DNA from: Candidatus Saccharimonadales bacterium
Lineage (GTDB): Bacteria > Patescibacteriota > Saccharimonadia > Saccharimonadales > 2-12-FULL-41-12
Reading direction: 5' to 3'
NCBI GenBank assembly: GCA_036276755.1
Contig: DASUOG010000010.1
Coordinates: forward strand, 155 to 64,154
Length of the DNA: 64,000 nt
The position numbers and the translations under genes were made by a program. Positions within the stretch are counted from its first letter, which is position 1. Each line of letters begins with the position of its first letter. Below the pieces are notes generated by a model that saw only the letters and a list, made by a program, of their open reading frames with translations, had not been told where the DNA came from and did not search any database. Shown in pieces: positions 25,529 through 34,438 of the stretch.

Positions 25529-25632
25529 ACCACATAGGGTATAAAATGCTCGGCCGCGAGAGTATTTTTAGCAAAAAGATTAAAAAATGTGTTCAATAGC
25601 TTTAAAATAAGATTATAACCAAGGAGAACGTC

Positions 25633-26181
25633 ATGCAAAAGATACCGAAAAAACTCCCGGACAGGCTCGTTGAAGAAGGCCTGGAGGTCGTTGTAGCAAA
25701 AGCCAAAGACGTACCTGAAAAGTACATAAAACAGATTATAAAGAAGTCCCGCGAACCGCATGTCATGAAATTCGAAGGTCATGAAGATGCCGGCGGCAGG
25801 TTCAAAGATTTGCCGTCTTATAAAGAATGGGCAAAAAAGGAGCGGCTGGTCTATCTTTTAATCCGTAAGTCCGGCAAGGACAAGTCCGACGATGTCGGCG
25901 GTATAATCTGGTTCGGAAAGCGCCGGAATGAGCATGTCGACCCATTATATGATCTGACCTTCGGTATACGACTGTATGAAGGCTGCGTGGGCAAGGGCCT
26001 TGCCGTACCTTTTATGAAAGCCACTCATGAAGATTTGAAGCGTTTTTATCCTAACCAGGCGGTATGGCTGGATTTTGTGGAAGATAATATAGCGGCCAAA
26101 AAAGCCTACGAATCGTTCGGCTACGAACATCTGATCAAGGCCGAGGGCCGTATGGCCATGGGCTATAAGATAGGGGAATAA
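25633..26181 (+). CDS. GNAT-like acetyltransferase domain protein
   Basis: 182 aa. ..GKGLAVPFMKAT.. and ..NIAAKKAYESFGYE... SD AAGGAG upstream. Confidence 0.5.
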   Translation: MQKIPKKLPDRLVEEGLEVVVAKAKDVPEKYIKQIIKKSREPHVMKFEGHEDAGGRFKDLPSYKEWAKKERLVYLLIRKSGKDKSDDVGGIIWFGKRRNEHVDPLYDLTFGIRLYEGCVGKGLAVPFMKATHEDLKRFYPNQAVWLDFVEDNIAAKKAYESFGYEHLIKAEGRMAMGYKIGE

Positions 26182-27141
26182 TTGAAAAGGATAGCGGTCA
26201 TCGGCGGCGGACACGGCAGCAGCATCGTGCTGACTGCCCTCAAAGACAGTGGGCGTCATCTGAGTGCTATTCTCTCCATGACTGATGACGGCGGCTCTAC
26301 AGGCAGGCTTAAAAAAGAACTGGGCACCTCGGCAGCCGGCGACATCCGCCAATGTCTGGTTGCGTTGGCTGATAACCCCGAAGTAGCCAAGTTATTCGGC
26401 TACCGGTTCGAAAGCGGCGAACTTAGCGGTCACAGCTTGGGGAATCTGTTCCTAGCCGCGGGAGAATTACAACACAAGGACATAGAACAAAGCATAGAAA
26501 TTGCAAAAAAAGCGCTTAAGGTAGGGGCTGATGTCATACCATCGACCCTTGATAGGTGTGAACTGCAGCTGGACTTGCAGGGTAAACACTACGGCGGGGT
26601 TTATGAGATAGCGAACAAAGATTTCGACGGCATAAGACCCCACCTGTCTATAGAACCCTCTGCCGGGTTGTCAAAAACTGCTGGGGAGGCTGTCCGCAAA
26701 GCCGATTTCATCATCATTGCGCCCGGTAATTTCTATTGCTCGATAATGCCCGCCTTGATGGTACAAGGAATGGTAAAAGCCATAAATGAAGCACCCGCCA
26801 AGGTTATATTGGTAGCGAACTTGATAAACCGCATTGATCAGACGGGCGGTTTTAATGCCACCGATTACGTCGATGAGATCAGGCGGTTGGCAGGTGATTT
26901 GCGGTTGGATGCTCTGATTTACAATACGTCTGATATCGCAAAAGCTTGTCTGCGGGAAGGGGAAGAACCGGTGCGTACTGCCAATGCGGCCGACCCGGGA
27001 TACAGTTTGGTCGGCAGGGAAATATCCGATGATGATCAGGTGAAAAATGACATCAACGATAAGATTGCACACGTCAGGTCACTCGCCAGACATGATAAAG
27101 CAAAACTCGCGGCCGTTTTAGAGGAAGTCATGGATAATTAG
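26182..27141 (+). CDS. YvcK/CofD-family gluconeogenesis factor-like protein
   Basis: 319 aa. IAVIGGGHGSS, MTDDGGSTGRL and GDIRQCLVAL. TTG start directly after the upstream stop. Confidence 0.85.
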   Translation: MKRIAVIGGGHGSSIVLTALKDSGRHLSAILSMTDDGGSTGRLKKELGTSAAGDIRQCLVALADNPEVAKLFGYRFESGELSGHSLGNLFLAAGELQHKDIEQSIEIAKKALKVGADVIPSTLDRCELQLDLQGKHYGGVYEIANKDFDGIRPHLSIEPSAGLSKTAGEAVRKADFIIIAPGNFYCSIMPALMVQGMVKAINEAPAKVILVANLINRIDQTGGFNATDYVDEIRRLAGDLRLDALIYNTSDIAKACLREGEEPVRTANAADPGYSLVGREISDDDQVKNDINDKIAHVRSLARHDKAKLAAVLEEVMDN

Positions 27142-27146
27142 TTCCG

Positions 27147-27785
27147 ATGGCAGCTGATGACTTGTATATCCTAGATTTCGACCGTACCCTGTTGGATGTT
27201 TACGCAGTCATGGAGCTCACCGAGAGAGCATGCGATATAGTCGGTATTGAATTTGCTGGCATCGGCAAGGATCAGGTTGATGCATCGGCCGAAGCCAGGT
27301 CTTATAGTCCGCTTGAGACTATCAAGATGGCAGGGGGAGATAAACTCATGCAATTCAAGCAAGGGTTCATCAATCTGGCCGACCCGGACAAACTGGTGTT
27401 TCCCGACGGGCGTAGATATCTGGAAACTCTAAAAAAGAAGGATAAACCACATATGATCCTTACTTATGCCGTCGATATCGAATGGCAGAAGATAAAGCTG
27501 GAAGCCAGCGGTCTGATAGATGTGCCGCATGTGATAACCCTGGACCCTAAGAAAGGCCAAATTATCGCAAACTGGCTTAATCAGGGAGGCAAGTATGACC
27601 CAGGCTTGCCCGGAATCAATCCTGCCGGGCGCATCGTGTTGATAGATGATCGGTTGCGGGCATTCGAGTATTTTCCTGACGACTGCAAAGGCTTTTACCT
27701 GGCACGGGAAAGAAACGACCGGGCGGACCTACCGGATAACGTCAAAATGATTAGTAGCCTTGACCAGATAATTGACAAAATATGA
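27147..27785 (+). CDS. HAD-like hydrolase (weak)
   Basis: 212 aa. N-terminal LYILDFDRTLLD resembles HAD motif I, with LIDD near the C-terminus. Confidence 0.45.
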   Translation: MAADDLYILDFDRTLLDVYAVMELTERACDIVGIEFAGIGKDQVDASAEARSYSPLETIKMAGGDKLMQFKQGFINLADPDKLVFPDGRRYLETLKKKDKPHMILTYAVDIEWQKIKLEASGLIDVPHVITLDPKKGQIIANWLNQGGKYDPGLPGINPAGRIVLIDDRLRAFEYFPDDCKGFYLARERNDRADLPDNVKMISSLDQIIDKI

Positions 27786-27851
27786 AATAACGATTTTTAA
27801 TAGCGTATTAAAAACGACGCGGACACCAGATATAGCGCACATGGCTTTCCC

Positions 27852-27950
27852 TGTGGAAAACTATGGGTATTTTGTCTGTGAATATGCTAAAAAACCCTTG
27901 TATGTGGGAGATTGTGGGTAGTAAACTCTTGTTAGTGGGTAATCGTAGGT
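27852..27950 (+). promoter_or_regulatory. candidate MraZ operator: phased GTGGG-type boxes
   Basis: Boxes GTGGAA 27852, ATGGGT 27863, GTGGGA 27904, GTGGGT 27914, GTGGGT 27935 and GTAGGT 27945. Spacings are 10-11 or 21 bp. Confidence 0.55.
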
Positions 27951-27974
27951 AATCAAAATAATTATCTGCGCATA

Positions 27975-28042
27975 GCCCCGCTCCTTATAACGAAGTATTG
28001 CAGTCTGGTTACAGATTGCTTCACTCGGATAGGAGCGGGGGC
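27975..28042 (+). other. extended hairpin in the mraZ 5' region
   Basis: GCCCCGCTCCT..(inner hairpin GCAGTCTG-GTTA-CAGATTGC)..AGGAGCGGGGGC. No T-run follows it. Confidence 0.4.
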
Positions 28043-28077
28043 AAAAATAAAAACCACTGCAACACTAAATAACTTTT

Positions 28078-28464
28078 ATGGCCACACTAGACTACTTTGA
28101 GAGGAAACTGGACGAAAAGAGGCGGTTAACAATACCGACCGAGCTTCGTCATCAGTTTGCAACCGGAGCGGTAGTGACCAGAGGGTTCGGTAGATATCTC
28201 CACCTCTATCCCAAAGAAGTTTGGGATAAACGAGTGGAGCCGAAGCTCGACGGCGATATTTTGGATGAAAATATCGCGGATCTGAACGTACGGTTCAGAA
28301 TGGGCAAGGTGAATACCGAACTGGATGGGAAACAAGGACGGATTACGCTGGAGCAGCACTTGCTTGATTACAGCGGAATCGACCGGGAAGTAGTAGCTGT
28401 GGGAGTCGGTCAATACTGGCGTCTGATGACACCGGAAGAGGCTGCTCGCATCCTAAAGAAGTGA
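28078..28464 (+). CDS. mraZ: transcriptional regulator MraZ
   Basis: 128 aa with two SpoVT/AbrB-like halves (LDEKRRLTIPTELR.. and LDGKQGRITLEQHL..). First gene of the dcw cluster. Confidence 0.9.
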   Translation: MATLDYFERKLDEKRRLTIPTELRHQFATGAVVTRGFGRYLHLYPKEVWDKRVEPKLDGDILDENIADLNVRFRMGKVNTELDGKQGRITLEQHLLDYSGIDREVVAVGVGQYWRLMTPEEAARILKK

Positions 28465-28875
28465 TTTAGCGTACCTTAACAAACAATAGCACCCGTATTT
28501 TCCTAAGGAAAAGAGAAGCCCGAGCGTCGGATTCATTCCGTGGCCCGGCACGATGAGAAAAACCGCAGGTTTGTCTCATTACACGAGGTTAGCTATTCGG
28601 CAGTCAGTAAGTGGATATTTAGGGTAACCACTTTAAAAACCCTCGTTCTTTCTATTCAAACACCTCCCAAAACTCCACCTCACACATAAGTCTCTCAAAG
28701 AATCACGGTTTGTAAGAGCATCTTATGATAAGCACGAGAAGCTTATCTGCTGTTACATCAAGACCAGTGTTTCAAACAAAAACAAAAACAACGCAAAAAC
28801 AAAAAACTGACTGCTGAATAGGTGACCTTGTAAAACAAAAATAAAAACAAAAACAAAAATACAAGTAGGATCACC

Positions 28876-29754
28876 ATGAACAAACAAAAACATGTCCCTG
28901 TGCTGGCACAAGAAGTGCTGGCGTGGTTGGACCCCAAGCCGGGAGATCAATATCTTGATCTGACGGCAGGTTACGGCGGCCATGCGCGGATGGTATTGAA
29001 GCGCATAGACGACAATGGCCAAGCGACCCTGGTAGACAGGGACGAAGAAGCCATAAGTGCCCTCAAAGGAGCCTTTGCAAAAGATTCAAGAGTGGAAATC
29101 ATGCATACGGACTTCCTCTCGGCCAGTCAACAACTGCTGGATAAGGGTAAACGCTATGACATTGTTTTTGCGGATCTTGGCGTATCGTCACCGCACCTTG
29201 ACAATATGGAAAGAGGTTTCTCGTTCGCGGGTAACGGACCGTTGGATATGCGTATGGACCGGTCGCAGGCGCTCACTGCCGCAGACATCATTAATGGATA
29301 TGCGGTCGATAAGCTTGCTAAGATCTTCCGTGAATACGGCGAGATCCGGGGCGCGCATAGGCTGGCGGCTCATCTCGTAGAACACCGGCCGTACAAAAGC
29401 ACTAGCCAATTGGCGAACAAAATTGTTCAATTGCGCAAACGTAAATCTCGCATCCACCCGGCCACGCAGATTTTTCAAGCACTGCGGATAGAGGTGAACG
29501 ATGAGATCGGGATGCTCAATAAAAGCTTGGGCTTATGGATTGAACTGCTAAGGCCAATGGGCAGGATAGGGGTCATATCATTCCATAGTCTGGAAGACAG
29601 GCTTGTCAAACAAGCCTTCAAAGACTATGGGGGTAATCGGTATGACGCCAGACTGCACATTCTGAATGCGAAAGTGATCAGAGGCAGCAGCGAAGAAATT
29701 GTTTTTAATCCGCGTGCCCGGAGTGCCAAACTCAGGGTGGCGCAGCGAAAATAA
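28876..29754 (+). CDS. rsmH: 16S rRNA (cytosine1402-N4)-methyltransferase
   Basis: 292 aa. HVPVLAQEVL, DLTAGYGGH, FADLGVSSPHLD and SFHSLEDRLVK. Confidence 0.92.
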   Translation: MNKQKHVPVLAQEVLAWLDPKPGDQYLDLTAGYGGHARMVLKRIDDNGQATLVDRDEEAISALKGAFAKDSRVEIMHTDFLSASQQLLDKGKRYDIVFADLGVSSPHLDNMERGFSFAGNGPLDMRMDRSQALTAADIINGYAVDKLAKIFREYGEIRGAHRLAAHLVEHRPYKSTSQLANKIVQLRKRKSRIHPATQIFQALRIEVNDEIGMLNKSLGLWIELLRPMGRIGVISFHSLEDRLVKQAFKDYGGNRYDARLHILNAKVIRGSSEEIVFNPRARSAKLRVAQRK

Positions 29755-29774
29755 AAACAAAGAAAGGGAGCAAA

Positions 29775-29834
29775 ATGCCTATACAGGTAAAAAGTACCTC
29801 CCGCGCCTATAAAGTACACGTACGCGTACTGTAA
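29775..29834 (+). CDS. candidate 19-codon small ORF between rsmH and ftsL
   Basis: SD AAGGGAG lies 5 nt upstream of the ATG. Product MPIQVKSTSRAYKVHVRVL. Preceded by the same A-rich motif as other dcw cistrons. Confidence 0.25.
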   Translation: MPIQVKSTSRAYKVHVRVL

Positions 29835-29850
29835 ATAGGCGAACCCTTCA

Positions 29851-29879
29851 GGCGGACTCCGCTAAAAGCGGACTCCGCC
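29851..29879 (+). other. 12-bp stem hairpin within the dcw transcript
   Basis: GGCGGACTCCGC-TAAAA-GCGGACTCCGCC with one C-C mismatch. The arms are simultaneously direct repeats. Confidence 0.5.
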
Positions 29880-29937
29880 GGGGAGGGAAAACCGGCAGTC
29901 AGAGACTGCTGAAAACAAAAATAAAAAGGAGAAACAA

Positions 29938-30282
29938 ATGACATATTCTAGCTCAATAAGTATGGGCAGAAGACGTTTTGCCAGACGGCATCAGAATGCC
30001 GTGAGCATGGCAGAGCAGGCAAGAACAATAGGGCCGATCAGCAACAGCATAGTACTCGTCTTGCTTAGTTGCTTGTTAGGCATCTTGTATCTGACCCAGG
30101 TTACTAAAACCAATGCGACCGGTTATAAGATCAACCAGCTGAAAGAAGAGTATTCACAACTTCAGAAGGATCATGCCGAACTGGAACTTTCAGCGGCACG
30201 ACTGCAGTCCATGGACCGGGTAGCGGGCAGTCCGGTTACCAAGAACCTGGTTTCGGTAGCGCCTACGACGACAGTCCAATAA
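29938..30282 (+). CDS. ftsL: cell division protein FtsL-like
   Basis: 114 aa. A basic N-terminus, a single TM helix and a coiled-coil segment. Canonical position between rsmH and ftsI. Confidence 0.6.
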   Translation: MTYSSSISMGRRRFARRHQNAVSMAEQARTIGPISNSIVLVLLSCLLGILYLTQVTKTNATGYKINQLKEEYSQLQKDHAELELSAARLQSMDRVAGSPVTKNLVSVAPTTTVQ

Positions 30283-30300
30283 ACGTAAGAGGTAAGACAA

Positions 30301-32037
30301 TTGTTGCCGCTTAAGACAAACCAGGTCAGGCTTACGCCTAGCAACCTACGGTTCGATGTTTTCTACGGGTTGCTGGTTTTAATTTTGGTCATATTCATCG
30401 TTCGTTTGTTTTATTTACAGGTTATACAACATAATCATTATAGGCAGGCGGCATTGCACGGACAGTTAAAGGAGTACAGCATTCCTGCTCAACGAGGCTC
30501 GATAAAGGCTCATGACGGTAACAATATCGTGCCTATTGTGCTCAACGAGGAAGTCTTTACTCTTTTTGCCGACCCGATCTACGTAAAAGATAAGAAAGCT
30601 GCCGCGGAAAAGCTGAGCAAGCTTACCGGTGACGACGAGGTTGAATATCTGAAGAAGATGCAGCGTGATACCCGATATGCCATACTTGCTAAAAAACTGG
30701 ATGAGAACAAAAAGAAAGCCATCGAGGCGCTTGATCTCAAAGGTATCGGCCTGCGACCGGAAGCTATGCGGGTGTATCCCCAGGGTAGTTTGGCGGCTCA
30801 ATTGCTGGGGTTTGTCAATGATGCGGGTTATGGGGTGTACGGCATAGAAGAGTTCATGGACAATTCCTTGCGTGGTAGGGACGGCCAGCTAAAGGCCATC
30901 ACCGATATAAGAGGTGTGCCCTTGGTAGCTAATGAGGATAATGTACTTAAGGATCCAATCCCCGGTAAGGATATATTGCTTAGTATAGACATCGGTATGC
31001 AAAGCAAGGTAGAGAAGCTTTTGGCAAAGCATCTGCCTGAAGTACGGGCAGAGAGCGGTAGCGTGACAGTGCTTGATCCGAATAACGGGGAGATCAAAGC
31101 GATGGCTAATTTTCCCAGTTATGACCCGAGAAAGTATACCGAAGTCAAAGAGCAGGCGCTGTTCACCAATCCGGCAGTAAGTTCGCCGCTCGAGGTAGGC
31201 TCTATAATGAAGACCCTCACTGTAGCGGCGGGTCTGGATACCGGGGTGATCAAGCCGGATACTACATTCTTTGATAAGGCGCAGTTCACGGTCGACGGGT
31301 ATACCATACGCAACGTCGAGGAAGACGGCGGACCGCAAACCCGGAGCATAGCCGACATACTGCAGTATTCATTAAATACCGGCGCGACATATATTCTCCA
31401 GCAAATGGGCGGCGGCGAAGTCAATAAGAAAGCCCGGGATACTTGGCATGATTACCTGGTCAATCATTATTACTTCGGCCAGAAGACCGGAGTAGAGCAG
31501 GGCTATGAAGCACCGGGTGTGGTACCCGGACCGACGGACGGTTTCGCGCCCAGTCTAAAATATGCCAACATGGCTTTCGGCCAAGGCTTCACGGTTACTC
31601 CGCTGCAGATGGCCGCCGCATTCGCTTCGACGATTAACGGCGGGACGTATTATCAGCCGCATTTGGTGGATGGTGGTAAGAACTCCGAATGGATAAAAAA
31701 TAAAAATGTGATCAAGCCGCAGGTTTCTAAAACACTTAGAACCATGCATGAGAATAGCGCACAAAAGCGCTACCCGTTCATCCTGCACGATGGTTATCGG
31801 ATCGGAGGCAAAACAGGGACGGCACAGGTTCCCGGACCCGACGGTACCTATTTGGAAGATGTTTTCAACGGTACGTTCATCGGATATGTAGGAGGTAACA
31901 AGCCGGCTTACGTAATAATGGTCAGGGTCGATAAACCGCGCATTTACGGCTATGCCGGATCGGTTGCCGCGGCACCGTTGTTTGCGAAGGTGTCTAATAT
32001 GCTGATAGATAATTTCTCGATTCCAAGGGCTGAATAA
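30301..32037 (+). CDS. ftsI: penicillin-binding protein 2 / FtsI-type transpeptidase
   Basis: 578 aa. TM anchor, dimerisation domain, and SxxK (SIMK), SxN (SLN) and KTG (KTGTA) motifs. Confidence 0.9.
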   Translation: MLPLKTNQVRLTPSNLRFDVFYGLLVLILVIFIVRLFYLQVIQHNHYRQAALHGQLKEYSIPAQRGSIKAHDGNNIVPIVLNEEVFTLFADPIYVKDKKAAAEKLSKLTGDDEVEYLKKMQRDTRYAILAKKLDENKKKAIEALDLKGIGLRPEAMRVYPQGSLAAQLLGFVNDAGYGVYGIEEFMDNSLRGRDGQLKAITDIRGVPLVANEDNVLKDPIPGKDILLSIDIGMQSKVEKLLAKHLPEVRAESGSVTVLDPNNGEIKAMANFPSYDPRKYTEVKEQALFTNPAVSSPLEVGSIMKTLTVAAGLDTGVIKPDTTFFDKAQFTVDGYTIRNVEEDGGPQTRSIADILQYSLNTGATYILQQMGGGEVNKKARDTWHDYLVNHYYFGQKTGVEQGYEAPGVVPGPTDGFAPSLKYANMAFGQGFTVTPLQMAAAFASTINGGTYYQPHLVDGGKNSEWIKNKNVIKPQVSKTLRTMHENSAQKRYPFILHDGYRIGGKTGTAQVPGPDGTYLEDVFNGTFIGYVGGNKPAYVIMVRVDKPRIYGYAGSVAAAPLFAKVSNMLIDNFSIPRAE

Positions 32038-32106
32038 AGGTATAATAAGTATGGATGCTAAAGATAATGACCGAAATAAAAACTCTGCAAAAAGAAAGGT
32101 CGCAAC

Positions 32107-33150
32107 ATGAATGATGCATTCCTGATAGCTTTGGAAAGCGATAGGCTGGTGCAGCTGTTATTCATGGCTTTTTCCGGTTTTGCCTTAAGCATGCTGTTGA
32201 CTCCTATATATACGACCTTCGCTTACCGGCAAAAGTGGTGGAAGAAACCCAGGACTGATGCGACGACAGGGGAGAAGGCCAAGATATTCACCCAGCTGCA
32301 TGCTTTGAAGCACCGGCGCAACATACCAACCATGGCCGGCTTGATATTCGTAATCTCGGTGGCTGTGGTGACTTTGTCGCTTAATTTTTCCCGGGAACAG
32401 ACCTGGCTGCCTCTGGCGGCGTTTTTAGGTGCGGGTTTCGTGGGATTGATCGATGACGTGATAAACCTGCGCGGTTCGGGCAATGGCACCGGGGGATTAT
32501 CCGCAAAGCTGAAGCTGGGGCTTATAACCTTGGTGGCGTTGATAGGCGGATTGTTTTTCTACTATAAGCTGGATTACAACTCGATCCAGGTGCCCGGTAT
32601 CGGCGATCTGGGAATCGGTTTGCTCATAATACCGTTGTTTGTGCTGGTAGTTCTAAGTACCGCGAATGCTGTCAACATAAGCGACGGGCTTGACGGTTTG
32701 GCCGGCGGATTGGCGTCATCGGCGTTCGGAGTATATGCGATAATCGCGTTTACCCAAGGTCGGTTCGGAATCGCCGGTTTTTGCCTGACGATAGTCGGAG
32801 CCTTGCTGAGTTATACCTGGTTCAATATTTATCCGGCCAGATTCTTTATGGGAGACGTCGGTTCGTTCGCGCTGGGTACGGCGCTCGGAGTGGTAGCGAT
32901 GATTACTGACACGGTGCTGCTTCTGCCGATAATCGGCGCGGTATTCGTAGTAGAGGCCGGTTCTTCGCTGATACAGATACTTTCCAAAAAATTTCGTGGC
33001 AGGAAGGTTTTCAAGGTAGCGCCGATTCACCATCATTTCGAGGCTTCCGGATGGCCGGAAACCAAAGTCACCATGCGGTTTTGGATAATGGGGCAAGTGT
33101 CGGCATTCGTGGGACTGATTATTTACATAATAGGAAATTACCATGTTTAA
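32107..33150 (+). CDS. mraY: phospho-N-acetylmuramoyl-pentapeptide transferase
   Basis: 347 aa. ..NAVNISDGLDGLAGG.., FMGDVGSFALG and APIHHHFE. Confidence 0.93.
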   Translation: MNDAFLIALESDRLVQLLFMAFSGFALSMLLTPIYTTFAYRQKWWKKPRTDATTGEKAKIFTQLHALKHRRNIPTMAGLIFVISVAVVTLSLNFSREQTWLPLAAFLGAGFVGLIDDVINLRGSGNGTGGLSAKLKLGLITLVALIGGLFFYYKLDYNSIQVPGIGDLGIGLLIIPLFVLVVLSTANAVNISDGLDGLAGGLASSAFGVYAIIAFTQGRFGIAGFCLTIVGALLSYTWFNIYPARFFMGDVGSFALGTALGVVAMITDTVLLLPIIGAVFVVEAGSSLIQILSKKFRGRKVFKVAPIHHHFEASGWPETKVTMRFWIMGQVSAFVGLIIYIIGNYHV

Positions 33151-34438
33151 ACGCAGTCGCCGCTCACGCAACCCAAGGATAAACCAGCGCAGCGCTTACC
33201 TGGCGGACGGAAATAACTCCGATCAAAATGCGTTCAGACGCCACCGGCCGGATTATTGGTTGATTATTATCGCTTTCTTGCTGTTGACCATCGGCATAGT
33301 CGTGGTTTATTCCATCAGTCCTGCCTTGGCTGCTGCCCAAGGTATAAGTGAACACTACTATGTGACCAAACAACTTATTGCACTTTTGATGGGAATGGCG
33401 GCTTTTGCCTTGTTAAGCGCACTTCCTTTATCGGCGGTTAAGAGGATTACGAAAACCTTGGTATGGCTGTCATTTATAATGATCGCTGCCGTACAGCTGT
33501 TCGGACAAGAGGCCAACGGAGCTTATCGCTGGATACAGGTAGCCGGCTTCTCGTTCCAGGTAGCCGAACTGGTAAAACTCACACTTGTGATTTGGTTGGC
33601 CGGATTTTTAGTGCAACGTATCTCTAACCAGGAGATTCAATCGACGAACAAGACCCTGAGACCGCTTGTCATAGTCATCGGATTGATCGGCCTGCTCATA
33701 GCCGGGTTGGAAAGTGATTTAGGCTCAGCGGGCGTGATGATAGCAATAGTGGCCGTCATGGGCTTTTCGGCCGGATTGCCCCTTAAAAAGATCGGTATAA
33801 TCGTCGGTATTATCCTGCTTTTAACAACGCTTGCTATCAGCAGTACGCCGTACAGACGGGATAGGCTGGCTTCGTTCCTGAATCCTGCCAGGGATTGCCA
33901 GGACGAAGGATACCAATCATGTCAGGCATTGATTGCCATAGGAAGCGGGGGAGTTTTCGGTCTGGGTTTGGCGAACGGTGTGCAGGCATACGGATATCTA
34001 CCGGAAGCAGAAAATGATTCCATATTTGCTATTCTGGGCGAAAAATTCGGCTTTTTCGGAACCAGTGCAATCATCGGACTTTACGCCGTATTGTTCGCGC
34101 GTATGCGCCGGATAATCCTGCGCACGTCGGATTATTTTTCGCGATTGGTAGTTATAGGTGTCTTAGCTTGGCTTAGCATACAGACTATAATAAATATTGG
34201 CGCGATGATCGGTCTTTTGCCGCTGAAAGGCATCACATTACCGTTTATCAGTTACGGCGGTACCAGTCTGGTCTTTGTCATGGCGGCCGTCGGCCTGGTC
34301 TTCCAAATATCGCGTTACACCAGCTATTCAACGGTCAGGAGCGCTTCGATAAAAGAAAAAGAAGGAGATACTATTGAAGATTCTTTTAGTCGGCGGCGGC
34401 AGCGGAGGCCATATTACGCCTCTTCTGGCAGTCGCTAA
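33143..34438 (+). CDS. ftsW: FtsW/RodA/SpoVE family peptidoglycan glycosyltransferase
   Basis: 431-aa polytopic protein. ..GAYRWIQVAGFSFQVAELVK.., ESDLGSAG, PEAENDSIFA and PLKGITLPFISYGGTS. Confidence 0.9.
   Translation: MFKRSRRSRNPRINQRSAYLADGNNSDQNAFRRHRPDYWLIIIAFLLLTIGIVVVYSISPALAAAQGISEHYYVTKQLIALLMGMAAFALLSALPLSAVKRITKTLVWLSFIMIAAVQLFGQEANGAYRWIQVAGFSFQVAELVKLTLVIWLAGFLVQRISNQEIQSTNKTLRPLVIVIGLIGLLIAGLESDLGSAGVMIAIVAVMGFSAGLPLKKIGIIVGIILLLTTLAISSTPYRRDRLASFLNPARDCQDEGYQSCQALIAIGSGGVFGLGLANGVQAYGYLPEAENDSIFAILGEKFGFFGTSAIIGLYAVLFARMRRIILRTSDYFSRLVVIGVLAWLSIQTIINIGAMIGLLPLKGITLPFISYGGTSLVFVMAAVGLVFQISRYTSYSTVRSASIKEKEGDTIEDSFSRRRQRRPYYASSGSR

Noticed and set aside
28772-28865. Tandem CAAAAA-type repeats, considered as a possible CRISPR or minisatellite array.
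   Set aside because: The units are 5-6 nt low-complexity A/C tracts with no spacer structure. They are treated as part of an A-rich leader instead.
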